Source: an uncultured Nitrososphaerota archaeon (GTDB lineage Archaea > Thermoproteota > EX4484-205 > JAAOZO01). Taken from it: a DNA stretch of 64,000 nt. The notes beneath the pieces were generated by a model, which worked only from the letters and a program-made list of their open reading frames with translations, had not been told where the DNA came from and did no database searches. How positions within the stretch are numbered: the first letter of the stretch is position 1; each line of letters begins with the position of its first letter. This document shows positions 37,143 through 47,611 of the stretch, piece by piece. The stretch covers positions 1 through 64,000 of the forward strand of contig CAYOYV010000002.1 of assembly GCA_964408285.1 (NCBI GenBank). Direction: 5' to 3'. A program made the position numbers and the translations under genes.

Positions 37143-38303
37143 CTAGAAGCTCACCACCATCCTCTTACCGGTAGATGCCGATTCTAGTATCGAGTCGAGT
37201 ATCACCGCATTTTTATATCCATCCTCGAATGTTGCACCTATCGGGGCTATCTGCCCATCATTGACGATTGCGTTTACGAAGTGATAGATTTCATTGATGA
37301 AGGTGTGTTCCCATCCTATTATGTGTCCTGAAGGCCAATACCTTTCGATGTACGGTTGCGTTTTCTCCGTCACCAGTATCTCGGTCCAGCCTCCTATAGC
37401 TTTCTGTTCTCCCGCCTTGTCGTAGAATCTGAGCTCATTCAACCTCTCCAAGTTGAACTCAAGCGATCCCTTCTCCCCATTCACTTCAAAGTTATTGTAG
37501 TTCTTTCTTCCAGTTGCGAATCTTGAGGCCTCTAGAGTGCCTATCGCTCCATTGGCGAATTCCACAGTCGCCTCGAACGCATCCTCGACGGTCACCTTTC
37601 CCCTTCTGGACGGTTGTGCAGGCAGCGGCCTTTCCTCAATGAAGGTCCTCGTGATTCCTGATATGGCAACGGGCTCTCCTATGACGAACCTTGCCAAGTC
37701 AACTATGTGGCTTCCGAGGTCTCCTAGTGGGCCACTTCCTGCACTGTCCTTCTGTAGCCTCCATACGAGGGGGAAGTCAGGGTCTACTATCCAATCCTGT
37801 AGGTACCTTGCCCTGAAGTGATAGATTTTTCCCAAGACTCCGGACTTCACGATGTTTCGGGCCAACTGAACTGCCGGAACAAATCTGTAATTGAATGCAA
37901 CCATTGTCTTCACTCCGTGTTTCTTGGATACCTCATACATGGCCTTCGCCTCTTTCGCATTTCTCGCCAAGGGTTTCTCGCAGATCACATGTTTCCCATT
38001 CTCAATCGCAAGTATGCTCGGCTCGGGATGCATGTCATTTGGCAGGCAATTGTCTATTATCTGGACCTCAGGATCAGCCACCGTGGCCTTCCAGTCCGTG
38101 GAATGTCTCCTGAACCCGAAGTTCTGGGCAGCCTCTTCTACCTTGTTTTGCGTCCTGCCGAATATGACGATCAACTCAGGAACCGCGGGCGGTGGGTAGA
38201 AGAAGTGGGGCATGCTCTTGAACGCGTGTGAATGAGACTTGCCCATGAAGGCATAACCCAACATGCCAACTCCGATTTTCCTGATGCTGGACATTCGTTT
38301 CAC
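37143..38303 (-). CDS. Gfo/Idh/MocA dehydrogenase, levoglucosan-dehydrogenase-like
   Basis: GYAFMGKSH, CEKPL, FNYR, YLQDW, WRLQK..AGSGPLGDLGSH. Confidence 0.9.
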   Translation of the reverse strand: MKRMSSIRKIGVGMLGYAFMGKSHSHAFKSMPHFFYPPPAVPELIVIFGRTQNKVEEAAQNFGFRRHSTDWKATVADPEVQIIDNCLPNDMHPEPSILAIENGKHVICEKPLARNAKEAKAMYEVSKKHGVKTMVAFNYRFVPAVQLARNIVKSGVLGKIYHFRARYLQDWIVDPDFPLVWRLQKDSAGSGPLGDLGSHIVDLARFVIGEPVAISGITRTFIEERPLPAQPSRRGKVTVEDAFEATVEFANGAIGTLEASRFATGRKNYNNFEVNGEKGSLEFNLERLNELRFYDKAGEQKAIGGWTEILVTEKTQPYIERYWPSGHIIGWEHTFINEIYHFVNAIVNDGQIAPIGATFEDGYKNAVILDSILESASTGKRMVVSF

Positions 38304-39281
38304 CTACCACCAGGGCTTGACCTCGGGGGGCTTTATCTTCACAAGCGGCTTGAGGAAGGCTATTGCCTGTTCAACGCCAGAGTCCCTGCTGAAACACGGA
38401 TCCTCGTGTTCGACGCTGAGCGCGTAGTCGTACCCTGTTTCCAATAGCGCAGTTATGACTTGCTTCCATGGAACCTGACCCCAGCCAACTGTTCTGAATC
38501 TGACGCCTCTCGCGACTCTCGTCCAAGGGCCAGGAATGAGAACGCCGGTCCTAGAGACAACGTGGGGGATGACCTCAACATCCTTCGCATGGGCGTGATA
38601 TATCCTGTCATGTAGTTCGTAAATGAACTGCGCAGTGTCCATCCCTTGCCACACAAGATGCGACGGATCGTAGTTGAAGCCAAGTGCAGGATGCCCATTG
38701 CCTGCCTCGACCAATGCCTTAGCAGTGTCGAGATTGTGATTCAGTTCCTGGGGATGGGTTTCAAAGGCGACTTTCACTCCATGGTCTTTCGCAAAATCCA
38801 ATACTGGTAGCCATCGCTCCTTGAACAGGTTCAGGTAGCCATCCCAGATCTTCTGATTAGCTGGAGGGAAAGGGAACCACTTACCCCATTCTGGCACACC
38901 TGTGAAACCATTTACGACTCGAACTCCCAGAGACTGTGCTGCTTCTATTGTTCGCATCATCCTTCTGGTGCCGTACTTGACCTTTTCAGACGGAGTGCCC
39001 TTGAACCAATCGTCTGTGGATTCGTCGTGAGGACCTAGTATCAATTGGCCTTCAAGATGATTGCTCAATGCAGAGATCTCCAGACCATGTTTCCCCATCT
39101 CCCTAAGATATTCCTGCGACCCTCCCTCCACGACGCTATCTATGTCGATATGGTTGCTTCCTTTCCACGCAGCTATCTCAACCATCTCAAATCCGATAGT
39201 GGCAACGTATGACAGGACCTGATCTAAGGGTTGGTCATTGTATAGAGCTAGGAAAATTCCAACTTTCATTTCACTTTGCAC
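38304..39281 (-). CDS. Sugar phosphate isomerase/epimerase family TIM barrel (AP_endonuc_2)
   Basis: FETHP, NYDPSHLVWQG, HAHAKD, SVEHED; abuts the dehydrogenase gene. Confidence 0.9.
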   Translation of the reverse strand: MQSEMKVGIFLALYNDQPLDQVLSYVATIGFEMVEIAAWKGSNHIDIDSVVEGGSQEYLREMGKHGLEISALSNHLEGQLILGPHDESTDDWFKGTPSEKVKYGTRRMMRTIEAAQSLGVRVVNGFTGVPEWGKWFPFPPANQKIWDGYLNLFKERWLPVLDFAKDHGVKVAFETHPQELNHNLDTAKALVEAGNGHPALGFNYDPSHLVWQGMDTAQFIYELHDRIYHAHAKDVEVIPHVVSRTGVLIPGPWTRVARGVRFRTVGWGQVPWKQVITALLETGYDYALSVEHEDPCFSRDSGVEQAIAFLKPLVKIKPPEVKPWW

Positions 39282-39494
39282 CCTTCGCTAATAAAGCTCT
39301 GTCAAGAAATATAAAGCTGAGCTGAAGTCGGCTCCCGAAATCATAGATGCATTCTGACGATCTTTGCCGGTTCGGAGAAGATGACCTATCCTATCCGTGT
39401 AATCCATTCCGAACATTGGTGATGCCGCTTTCGAGGTAACCAGATAACGGCAAGAGAATAACGTAAAATAGGGGGCCCTCTTCATCTCCTACGG

Positions 39495-41564
39495 ATGAGA
39501 ACAGAGGTCTTTAGCACAGGATTCCAAGTTGATGGCAATAGGATCGACTTCCTTTCCGGAGAATTCCACTACTGGCGAGTCAAAAGGGGAAATTGGGAGT
39601 CCATCTTTGATCGCCTAATAGCCATGGGACTCAAAGCCGTCTCGACATATGTCCCATGGAACTTCCATGCCGTGCATGGCTCATACGACTTCCGCGGCGA
39701 GACCGATCCGCAGAGAGACTTGGCCGGCTTCATAGATCTGGTGAAAAGCAGAAATCTTTGGATGATGATCAGGCCAGGGCCTTACATCTATGCCGAATGG
39801 AAATATGGCGGAGTACCAAAAGAGGCGTTTCAACTTCACAGATTTGATGGTCGATTCAAGTCACTTGCCTCCAAATACATATCAGCAGTTTGCGGTGATT
39901 GCATTGTCCGCAATCTATCAACTAGAGGCGGGCCTATATTCGTGTTGCAGGCGGATAACGAGATAGACCCTTGGATAAGGTTTTACCGAGAGCAATTAGG
40001 GCTGTCGAAGACATGGGGCCCCTTCAAGGATTTCCTTGCGGGTAAGTACAAAACTATAGTGGAGCTGAATAGGGCTTGGGAGTCACAACACCATGGCTTC
40101 GAGGACGTATGGCCCTTCGAGGAACATCCACTCAAGACAGAGCTGCCAATCGGCAAGGGGATCTTCACAAGATATCTTGACTATAGGTCGTTCCTGGATT
40201 GGGCAGTAGAACAAACACTGTCATGGGTGGTTGAGGAATACAAGAGGAATGGAGTTGATGTACCCATAATAACAAACACTTACGACGATTTTGTTTTCCA
40301 TGATTTGACGAAATTGACAAGGATAGTTGACCTTCCTTGCATGGACATCTATCTATCCAAACATCTTCCCGAAGAGGAATTCCTCAAGCTTTCGTACTGG
40401 GTGAGGGTATATTCCGCATATTCCAAGTTGCCCGTTGCAACCGAATTCCAATCGGGGATATGGACCGACTCCCTGTATTCCACTGGGCCGATAGATGGCA
40501 GACATGAGAAGCTCTTGGGGTTGGCCGCCATGGCTTGGGGGCTCAAGGGATGGAACTGGTACATGGCAGTTGGGCGAGACAATTGGACATGCGCACCGAT
40601 CAACGAATGGGGGCTGATAAATCCGGATGTCTATGAAGCCCTTACGCATCTCTCTTCCTTATACCAGAAGGTCAGGCCCTGTCAGCTGATCAGACTCACA
40701 GGCCTTGCGTTATGCCACTATAGACCACAGCTTCTGTTGGGACTTCCTTCTGAATTGTTTTCTGAGCATTGGGGAACTTGCTTCAGAAGCCTGCATAAGA
40801 CCGGCCTTGATTTCACTTTCTACAATCCTGAGATTGACGCCGAGAGGAGGCCTCTCGTGCTATACGCCGGAAATGAGATGATGTGGAAGAAAGATGCAGC
40901 AAATCTATTGAGGTCATGCAAAGGCGGGACGCACGTGGTTTTCTTCCGGAGCTTTCCAAGCAGGGATTTCTCAGGAGAGGAATTGGATGAATTCAACTTC
41001 ATGCCAAGGCCGATTGGAACCAGGGGAGAACCGAGGGGAAGACAGATGCTGGTAGAGCTATCATTTCGGAATTCAATTGCGACATCACTCATAGATGGAT
41101 TCGGTTTCTACGATGGAGACTGCGGCGAGAAGATCACATTGCATGGCATTTCAAAAGCCTCTGCCTATACCGATTCGGAGCCAGTCCTCGGTGAACATGT
41201 GGTAGGATCCTCCAAAGAGATTGGGAGCGGGCGAGCGACGATCTTGGGACTTGAACCCACAGCGGACATCATCGAATTCCTTGTGCGAGGGTTCTCTGTT
41301 TCCTTGCCAGGCAGGGCCCTGACTCCAGATACGCATGTTGCCGTACATCATGACACAGGTGACAATTCCAGATATGTCGTTTTCATGATAAATAACTCCT
41401 CCCGACCTCAACTTGCCTCCATGAAGTTGAATCTACCCTTGGGAAGGTATAGGTTCGCAGCCATTCAATCCAAGAATGAGGGGGTGATCGATGGTGACGG
41501 AGAATTGCACCAGTTCATCGATTGGAAGGACGGAGAGATAATCGAACTAGCGCAGATTCGGTGA
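39495..41564 (+). CDS. GH35/GH42-like beta-glycosidase (beta-galactosidase family)
   Basis: GEFHYWR, TYVPWNFH, RPGPYIYAEW..GG, QADNE (acid/base), TEFQSG (nucleophile), NWYM. Confidence 0.88.
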   Translation: MRTEVFSTGFQVDGNRIDFLSGEFHYWRVKRGNWESIFDRLIAMGLKAVSTYVPWNFHAVHGSYDFRGETDPQRDLAGFIDLVKSRNLWMMIRPGPYIYAEWKYGGVPKEAFQLHRFDGRFKSLASKYISAVCGDCIVRNLSTRGGPIFVLQADNEIDPWIRFYREQLGLSKTWGPFKDFLAGKYKTIVELNRAWESQHHGFEDVWPFEEHPLKTELPIGKGIFTRYLDYRSFLDWAVEQTLSWVVEEYKRNGVDVPIITNTYDDFVFHDLTKLTRIVDLPCMDIYLSKHLPEEEFLKLSYWVRVYSAYSKLPVATEFQSGIWTDSLYSTGPIDGRHEKLLGLAAMAWGLKGWNWYMAVGRDNWTCAPINEWGLINPDVYEALTHLSSLYQKVRPCQLIRLTGLALCHYRPQLLLGLPSELFSEHWGTCFRSLHKTGLDFTFYNPEIDAERRPLVLYAGNEMMWKKDAANLLRSCKGGTHVVFFRSFPSRDFSGEELDEFNFMPRPIGTRGEPRGRQMLVELSFRNSIATSLIDGFGFYDGDCGEKITLHGISKASAYTDSEPVLGEHVVGSSKEIGSGRATILGLEPTADIIEFLVRGFSVSLPGRALTPDTHVAVHHDTGDNSRYVVFMINNSSRPQLASMKLNLPLGRYRFAAIQSKNEGVIDGDGELHQFIDWKDGEIIELAQIR

Positions 41565-41589
41565 TACCACCCCACTCTCCCTAACTGTT

Positions 41590-42057
41590 TCAGAATTCGT
41601 AGAGTCTATATCCGAGCAGACGAGTTCCATCCCGGTCGAAGTGAAATACACCGCGAAATCTCTTTCCTGCAATGAGAAGTGGAAGCCAGAACTTGTCGTC
41701 TTCCCACATTTGTCCATAGGGTATCTCCTGTAGACTAAACCATCTGATCTCTCCCTCAGAACTGGATTTGATCGATCCGCTGAATGAATCGACAAGGAAA
41801 ACGTAGACTATCCAGTCAACTTGCTTTTTGTGTCCGAAGTAGAATTTCAACACTCCATGCTGATTGATGCTGGAGACACTAAGTCCGGTTTCCTCGCGGA
41901 CTTCCCTAATGGCGCAATCTCCAGGTGTCTCTTTCTCTCTCAATTTCCCTCCTGGGCCGTTCCATCTACCTTCGCCGAACAGCCCCTTTGACTTCCTAAG
42001 CAACAGCACTTTCCTGTCGGAGATTATGTGGCAGAGCGTCGCGTAGATTGTTGCCAT
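41590..42057 (-). CDS. Nudix hydrolase (8-oxo-dGTPase/MTH1-like)
   Basis: GGKLREKETPGDCAIREVREETG Nudix box; MWEDDKFWLP. Confidence 0.9.
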   Translation of the reverse strand: MATIYATLCHIISDRKVLLLRKSKGLFGEGRWNGPGGKLREKETPGDCAIREVREETGLSVSSINQHGVLKFYFGHKKQVDWIVYVFLVDSFSGSIKSSSEGEIRWFSLQEIPYGQMWEDDKFWLPLLIAGKRFRGVFHFDRDGTRLLGYRLYEF

Positions 42058-42186
42058 GTGCGAGGCATTTACTTGGCAAAGCTGGTATTATGTTTTGCAC
42101 GAAGCCGAGACCTCAGGCTCAACGAATGCGCCCACGCGAGCGCTTTGTCAGATAGCGATATTAACTATTACGTGGCCTGTCAACCG

Positions 42187-42840
42187 ATGGCATCTTGGGA
42201 TGACATGTTTCGCGCAGGCCATTTTCGCCTTGAAGAACCTCAAGAACAAGTAGTGAAAATCGTCTCGGCTCTCAGAGAAAACAATGTAATAAGGGTATGC
42301 GATCTGGGCTGTGGACCTGGGCGCAATCTGATTTTCCTCGCAGATCAGGGATTCGAGGTCTACGGAGTTGACATATCCGAAACCGCACTTGAGATGACCC
42401 GGCAGAAGGCAGCCAAGCTGGGATTGAAGGTGAATCTGATGAAAGGCGACATGACCTCCCTGCTCTTCCCTGACCTTTTCTTCGACGCCGTCATATGTGT
42501 ATATGTCATTTATCATGGCACATTGTATTCGATCAAAAGGACTCTCCTCGAAATCAGAAGGGTTCTGAGACCCGGCGGATTTGTTCTTGTAACATTCCAG
42601 ACAAGGAGAAGTCACAAGTATGGATCCGGAAAGGAAATAGAACCGAATACCTTCGTTCAGCAGGAACCCCCTGAACTCGGAATCATTCACCATTTTAGCG
42701 ACGAGACAGAAGTGAGATTGCTGATGGAGCAATTTCAAATACTGAATGTGGAGCTCGAGGAATTGTCGACAAAGAACGGGAACCAACACAGCCATTGGCA
42801 GGTCTTGGCGAGGAAATCTCAAACTGGCAGGGGACTATGA
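42187..42840 (+). CDS. Class I SAM-dependent methyltransferase
   Basis: DLGCGPGRN, GVDIS, FDAV, LRPGG; ORF track start 42028. Confidence 0.9.
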   Translation: MASWDDMFRAGHFRLEEPQEQVVKIVSALRENNVIRVCDLGCGPGRNLIFLADQGFEVYGVDISETALEMTRQKAAKLGLKVNLMKGDMTSLLFPDLFFDAVICVYVIYHGTLYSIKRTLLEIRRVLRPGGFVLVTFQTRRSHKYGSGKEIEPNTFVQQEPPELGIIHHFSDETEVRLLMEQFQILNVELEELSTKNGNQHSHWQVLARKSQTGRGL

Positions 42841-42925
42841 CCGAATGCGATTACGCATATCTTTCCGTTCTTCGTTTGTTTTATCAATTACCCCAATCAT
42901 ATCCACGACACATTAATTAACAAGC

Positions 42926-43546
42926 TTGGACTGTCTAGTCAGAGAAACAGTGGATACGCACATCATCATCGACAAGGCAATACCCTTTGTGATAATGATA
43001 GCACTTTGGCTCAATGGGTGGTTCTATCCCCTGTTACTCGTTCCTATACTATATGTGATGGTATTCGAAAAGAGAGGCCCATACTTCATTGGATTCGAGC
43101 TGAGCAAAATACGGAGATCAGCGGCTCTGGGCTTGATCGCGGGCAACTTGCTGTCATTGGTGTACCTTGGCTTGTTTATCTTTTGCCGAGTTGTGGTTCA
43201 ACCTCTCGGTGATATTGATTGGTCTGTTCTATTCACAAGCATGGTGTGGTTTTCATTCTATGATGAAATCGTCTACAGAGGGTTTTTCATCTCTCACTTT
43301 TCAGATGCTAATGAATCGATGTTCTCACCTAGGGGGCTTGTCGTCAATCTCCTACAGACCTTAATGTTCATTTCGACGCCGATCAAAGTGCTGTCAATAG
43401 GGCAACCTTTAGTTCTTCTCTTTTTCTCTCTTTTGGGATTCACGAATGGATTAGTATTCATGAGAACTAGGAACCTCGCTGGCTGCATTCTATCGCATTC
43501 GATCGTGATAGGTTCGACCTGGCTGTTCCCAAGGATATTCGGTTAG
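42926..43546 (+). CDS. CPBP (Abi/CAAX) family intramembrane protein, degenerate
   Basis: DEIVYRG and RTRNL..CILSH motifs; multi-TM. Confidence 0.7.
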   Translation: MDCLVRETVDTHIIIDKAIPFVIMIALWLNGWFYPLLLVPILYVMVFEKRGPYFIGFELSKIRRSAALGLIAGNLLSLVYLGLFIFCRVVVQPLGDIDWSVLFTSMVWFSFYDEIVYRGFFISHFSDANESMFSPRGLVVNLLQTLMFISTPIKVLSIGQPLVLLFFSLLGFTNGLVFMRTRNLAGCILSHSIVIGSTWLFPRIFG

Positions 43547-43618
43547 AATTCGCGGTCTAGATGACTCCATTCGCGTTGCGACCCACGAAGTGGCAAGATT
43601 CGCCAAGGCGACTCCCAT

Positions 43619-44413
43619 CTATACTACTCCTCCTAATAGGGCACCAGTCAAATATGCTGCCCCAGCCGCAAGTGAGCCTACCATTGTCATTTCGACCCCA
43701 GCTATGTACCATTTTTTGCCCGTTACGTATGATCTGGCTGAGCCCGCTGCGAACACTGCTAACGCTGTCAAAGCAAGTGAAATCCCGAAATCCGCATCGG
43801 AGAGTGAGGGTAAGGCATAGGTCAGAATGAATGCCAGTAAAGGTATGATCCCTGCTATTATGAAGGCAAGGAAGGTGGCTAGGCCACTTTTCACTGGTGA
43901 CTTGTCTTCAGGCACCATGTAGAGCTCCTCAAGCATCATCGTGTCCACCCAATTTTCTCTGTTAGATGTCAGAAGATCTATGACTTCTTCGAGAACATGA
44001 CCTCGTAATCCCTTTTTCTCATATATCTGCCGGAGCTCTTCCCTTTCTTCGGCTGGTATGTTTTCTATCTCCCACGCCTCTCTGGCCCTCTCCGCACTCT
44101 TGTATTCCATTTCGGATTTCGTACTTAGATAGTTCCCCATAGCCATCGACACGCCATCTCCCAGCAAATTGGCAAAGCCCAAGATCAAGATGACGGCCGG
44201 CGACAGCGCCGCTCCTGCGGCTCCCGCGACAACTGCGAACGTCGTGATTATTCCGTCCAACGCTCCATATACCAGGTCGCCTACGTATGTTCCTTCCGTC
44301 TTCCTGTGGTATACATCCTCGTGTATCCTCTTTTCCCCATGAGCTTTTCTCGAGGCCAAAACATCTTTTCCTGAATAGGCTCTTTTTGCCTCCTCAATCC
44401 TTTCCGAAGGCAT
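43619..44413 (-). CDS. VIT1/CCC1 family Fe/Mn transporter
   Basis: VYGALDGIIT, DGVSMAMGNYLS, E-rich cytoplasmic loop, MMLEEL; ORF track start 44440. Confidence 0.92.
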   Translation of the reverse strand: MPSERIEEAKRAYSGKDVLASRKAHGEKRIHEDVYHRKTEGTYVGDLVYGALDGIITTFAVVAGAAGAALSPAVILILGFANLLGDGVSMAMGNYLSTKSEMEYKSAERAREAWEIENIPAEEREELRQIYEKKGLRGHVLEEVIDLLTSNRENWVDTMMLEELYMVPEDKSPVKSGLATFLAFIIAGIIPLLAFILTYALPSLSDADFGISLALTALAVFAAGSARSYVTGKKWYIAGVEMTMVGSLAAGAAYLTGALLGGVV

Positions 44414-44562
44414 CCTGTTGGGGAGCGATAAGGTTGCCACATTAAAGGATTATCATGCGCTACTTCTGATCTATCTTGAAGGTTGCGTATCGGAATCTTG
44501 CCAGAGGAGTCGCTCGCGAACGAAATGCTTAAGACAACGCGGATTCGGGGATGGCACCTTGA

Positions 44563-45114
44563 ATGATAGAAGACCTGCTGGTACCTCTCGTTTCAGTCGC
44601 CATCGCGGAGCTGGGCGATAAGACGCAGCTATCGATTCTTTTGCTATCCTCAAAGACCGCGAAGCATCTCCAACTGCTTCTTGGTATTATCCTTGGGTTC
44701 TTCATAACTGATGGAGCTGCTATCTTGGCTGGCTCGTTCATGGCCACGATTCTTCCGATGGACTTCATCAGATGGCTCTCAGCTGCGCTGTTCATGATGT
44801 TTGGAATCCTGACCTTGAGGTATGGCAGCACAGCAGAGAAAGAAAAGATTCACCTAGGTAATCCTTTCCTCTCAGGATTCACGTTGATCTTCTTTGCAGA
44901 ATGGGGAGACAAGACACAGATAGCGTCTGGCGTATTTGCGACTAGGTATGATGCGATCTTAGTCCTGTCTGGAACGCTCGCAGCCTTGACATTGCTTTCC
45001 GTTGCGGCCGTCTATCTAGGTAAGCTAATCTCGGACAGGATCGACAGGCGACTCGTGACTTTGACAGCTGGAATCTACTTTATAGTGATTGGCATTTCAT
45101 TTCTTATTATGTAG
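44563..45114 (+). CDS. TMEM165/GDT1 (UPF0016) family Mn/Ca transporter
   Basis: Two signature repeats AELGDKTQ and AEWGDKTQ. Confidence 0.93.
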   Translation: MIEDLLVPLVSVAIAELGDKTQLSILLLSSKTAKHLQLLLGIILGFFITDGAAILAGSFMATILPMDFIRWLSAALFMMFGILTLRYGSTAEKEKIHLGNPFLSGFTLIFFAEWGDKTQIASGVFATRYDAILVLSGTLAALTLLSVAAVYLGKLISDRIDRRLVTLTAGIYFIVIGISFLIM

Positions 45115-45174
45115 CATCGGCGATTCTTTGGGAACTTGCTTGAGATACCAAGGGCTTCGTACCGGTTTCCGACT

Positions 45175-46476
45175 CTATGTAGAGGCCAATTTCCCGGCCC
45201 TTTCGATGAGTTCTTTCCTTTTCCACTCGATATCCTTCGGTATCAAAATCGAAGTGACCCCCAGGAGAACAGCGCATAGGAACCAAGTCACGGTTACTAT
45301 GACTAAAATAGCACTTTCAAGACCAATGGTGTCTGCAAGATAGCCCGTTAGTAAGGGGGCTAATGCGGATCCAACATTCTCGAAGAAGACTAACGTGGAT
45401 AGTCCAGAACTTCTCACCTCCGGGAGTGAGACGTCTTGGACAGAAGCCGACACTGAAGGTCCCGCCATTGGTATGAAAAACCCTGTCAGGCCTCCGAGTA
45501 CCAGAAACACTAGCATTCCCCCCTTCACGAGAATTGTCAGATCGAAGAGAATCAAACCGACTGCAACCGTTATGGATGCGAATATCATCCTCCCCTTCAA
45601 TGATCTCCGGAAGGACCAATCCCCCATTATCCCCGCAGCTATGTTGCCCAATGCCATGGCGATCAACGCCACGAACATCACCAACATCCTTTCATCTGGG
45701 TTGAATCCCCTAGCCAATTCCATGTATAGGAGCAGCCAATATGAGAGAATCTGCCAAGGAAAGACCCCGAAGAAGCCCTGGGCGAACAAGAGAATCGCTG
45801 ATTTCCTCTCGAATAGCTTCTTGATCGAATCCCTTGAGAACGTCTCTCTCAACTTGTCCTTCACTTCGGCAAGCTCCGGTTCAGTTCCACCTCTAGGCTT
45901 GTCCTTCACGGTTAGCAGAATCACTGCTGCTAGAATCAACCCGGGGACAGCAGTTATTATGAACGCCCCTCGCCAACCGAGGATGCCGCCCGCAATCGTC
46001 CCGACCAAGACTCCAATCAGAGTTCCGAAGGCATTCGAAGTGTTAACTAGGCCTATCGCCGTTGCCCTTCTCTCTGGAGGAAAATAATCCCCCAAGAACG
46101 AAATTATGCCACTTGTCGCCTCATTGTCTATTCCTGTAGTGGCTCTAGTGAGCAGTAGCTGCAAATAGCTTGTCGAGAATGCTGAGAGGACGGTCGTAAC
46201 TCCCCAGATCGCACTCGCCATGGAAACCATGAAAGGCCTCGCATAACGATCAAACACATATCCCCAGAAGGGCATGAACGCCACGGCAACAAAGATGGAA
46301 CCCGTCTGTATTGCTCCCAATTCCGTAAACGAAAGACCAAACTCTGACTGGATCAATGTAAGAAGAGGCGAGATCAGGAACTTGTCCGCGTTGTGTAGCA
46401 ACATGAAAAGGAAGAACATGAATGCAACATACCAAGATTCCCTAGGGATTCTCGATTCGCGATTGCCTTCAGGCAT
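45175..46476 (-). CDS. MFS transporter (Spinster-like)
   Basis: About 12 TM; GYVFDRYAR, DYFPPERRATA, GWRGAF; TTTATAT 28 nt upstream of ATG 46476. Confidence 0.9.
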   Translation of the reverse strand: MPEGNRESRIPRESWYVAFMFFLFMLLHNADKFLISPLLTLIQSEFGLSFTELGAIQTGSIFVAVAFMPFWGYVFDRYARPFMVSMASAIWGVTTVLSAFSTSYLQLLLTRATTGIDNEATSGIISFLGDYFPPERRATAIGLVNTSNAFGTLIGVLVGTIAGGILGWRGAFIITAVPGLILAAVILLTVKDKPRGGTEPELAEVKDKLRETFSRDSIKKLFERKSAILLFAQGFFGVFPWQILSYWLLLYMELARGFNPDERMLVMFVALIAMALGNIAAGIMGDWSFRRSLKGRMIFASITVAVGLILFDLTILVKGGMLVFLVLGGLTGFFIPMAGPSVSASVQDVSLPEVRSSGLSTLVFFENVGSALAPLLTGYLADTIGLESAILVIVTVTWFLCAVLLGVTSILIPKDIEWKRKELIERAGKLAST

Positions 46477-46613
46477 GGCTCCGGAACTGATAACCATGAT
46501 GCAAATATAAATTACTCGTCAGGAGCATGCAAAATTGCAGAAAATGGACGTTGTTTCACATGAGTATCTGAACGATCAGGAGCCTTCAAATGTTGAGGAT
46601 ACGTCTCAAGCCT

Positions 46614-47435
46614 TCAGCAGAGCGGCTCAAGAATGGCTTTTGCACTTTCGATGTCCTTGATCTGCTGAGGGCCAGCGATTTCCCGTTCAATTGTGAGAGC
46701 CCCGTCGAAGCCGCATGACTTCAATTTGGGGATGAGGGCAGGGAAATTAACCTTGCCTTGCCCCAAGGGCTTTTCCATGCCCAATCTCCTTCCATCCGTC
46801 GGATATTCACCATCTTTCGCATGCACTCCACGAACGTATCTGCCAATTGCATCTAAGGCGTCAACAGGATTCGCCTTGCCATACATTATAAGATTCGCAG
46901 GATCGAGATTTATCCCAAGATTATCTGCTCCTACATCCTGTATCGTCCTCAGGAGAGTCACTGGCGTCTCTTGACCACTCTCGAACCAGAAGCTCTCACT
47001 ATTCTCTGAACAAAACTGCGATATCTCCTTCAGAAGGGGAACGAGGCTGACATATAGACTATCCTGTGGATTCTCGGGTATGAAGCCGACGTGTGTTGTG
47101 ATACTCTCGACGCCGACCATCTTTGCAAAACTTGCCCCCTTCTTGAGAGCTGCGAGTCGGATTTCCCTTGTGTCAAATGGAACAAGCCCTATTGTAGCCG
47201 GTCCTTCCAAGAAGTCCCAAACATAAGTCCCTGGGAGACCAGTCCAGATAGTTGTGATCTCGACGTTGTTCTGCTCCGCCGAAATCCTCAGGTCGTTTGC
47301 CACTTCCCTCGTCAGTAAGTCGGGATTCCAGCATGAAACTTGGCAAGTCGGGAAGCCGAACTCACTAACCTTCTTCATCTCCTCCATTGGGCCGCTTTCC
47401 AAGGGGACTATCACTCCAAGTCTTAGTTTTGTCAT
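46614..47435 (-). CDS. Sugar phosphate isomerase/epimerase family TIM barrel (AP_endonuc_2)
   Basis: THVGFIP, FESGQE, NLDPANL, VHAKDG, IERE; ORF track start 47555. Confidence 0.9.
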   Translation of the reverse strand: MTKLRLGVIVPLESGPMEEMKKVSEFGFPTCQVSCWNPDLLTREVANDLRISAEQNNVEITTIWTGLPGTYVWDFLEGPATIGLVPFDTREIRLAALKKGASFAKMVGVESITTHVGFIPENPQDSLYVSLVPLLKEISQFCSENSESFWFESGQETPVTLLRTIQDVGADNLGINLDPANLIMYGKANPVDALDAIGRYVRGVHAKDGEYPTDGRRLGMEKPLGQGKVNFPALIPKLKSCGFDGALTIEREIAGPQQIKDIESAKAILEPLC

Positions 47436-47611
47436 GCACATGGCGAAGCAACACGCAGTATTTATGTTATGTAACGCATATCGAGTCAAAAGCATTTCAA
47501 TACATAACCGAAAAGGGGATATCTTCACGAGAGCCATGACCGAGACCAACATCATTGAGTTGCTATTTTATATAGAAGTTGTGAGGCCTTGAACTCGAGG
47601 CTTCCGGCGGG

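Noticed and set aside
21662-39483. Shared 11-mer GGGCCCTCTTC just upstream of the amidohydrolase (21662-21672, minus) and GH35-like gene (39473-39483)
   Set aside because: Only two copies; one such match among all upstream regions is plausible by chance.
42148-42822. Long antisense ORFs (for example 224 aa here, 230 aa at 45395-46087, 203 aa at 18793-19404)
   Set aside because: Shadows of well-supported genes on the opposite strand, with no protein motifs.
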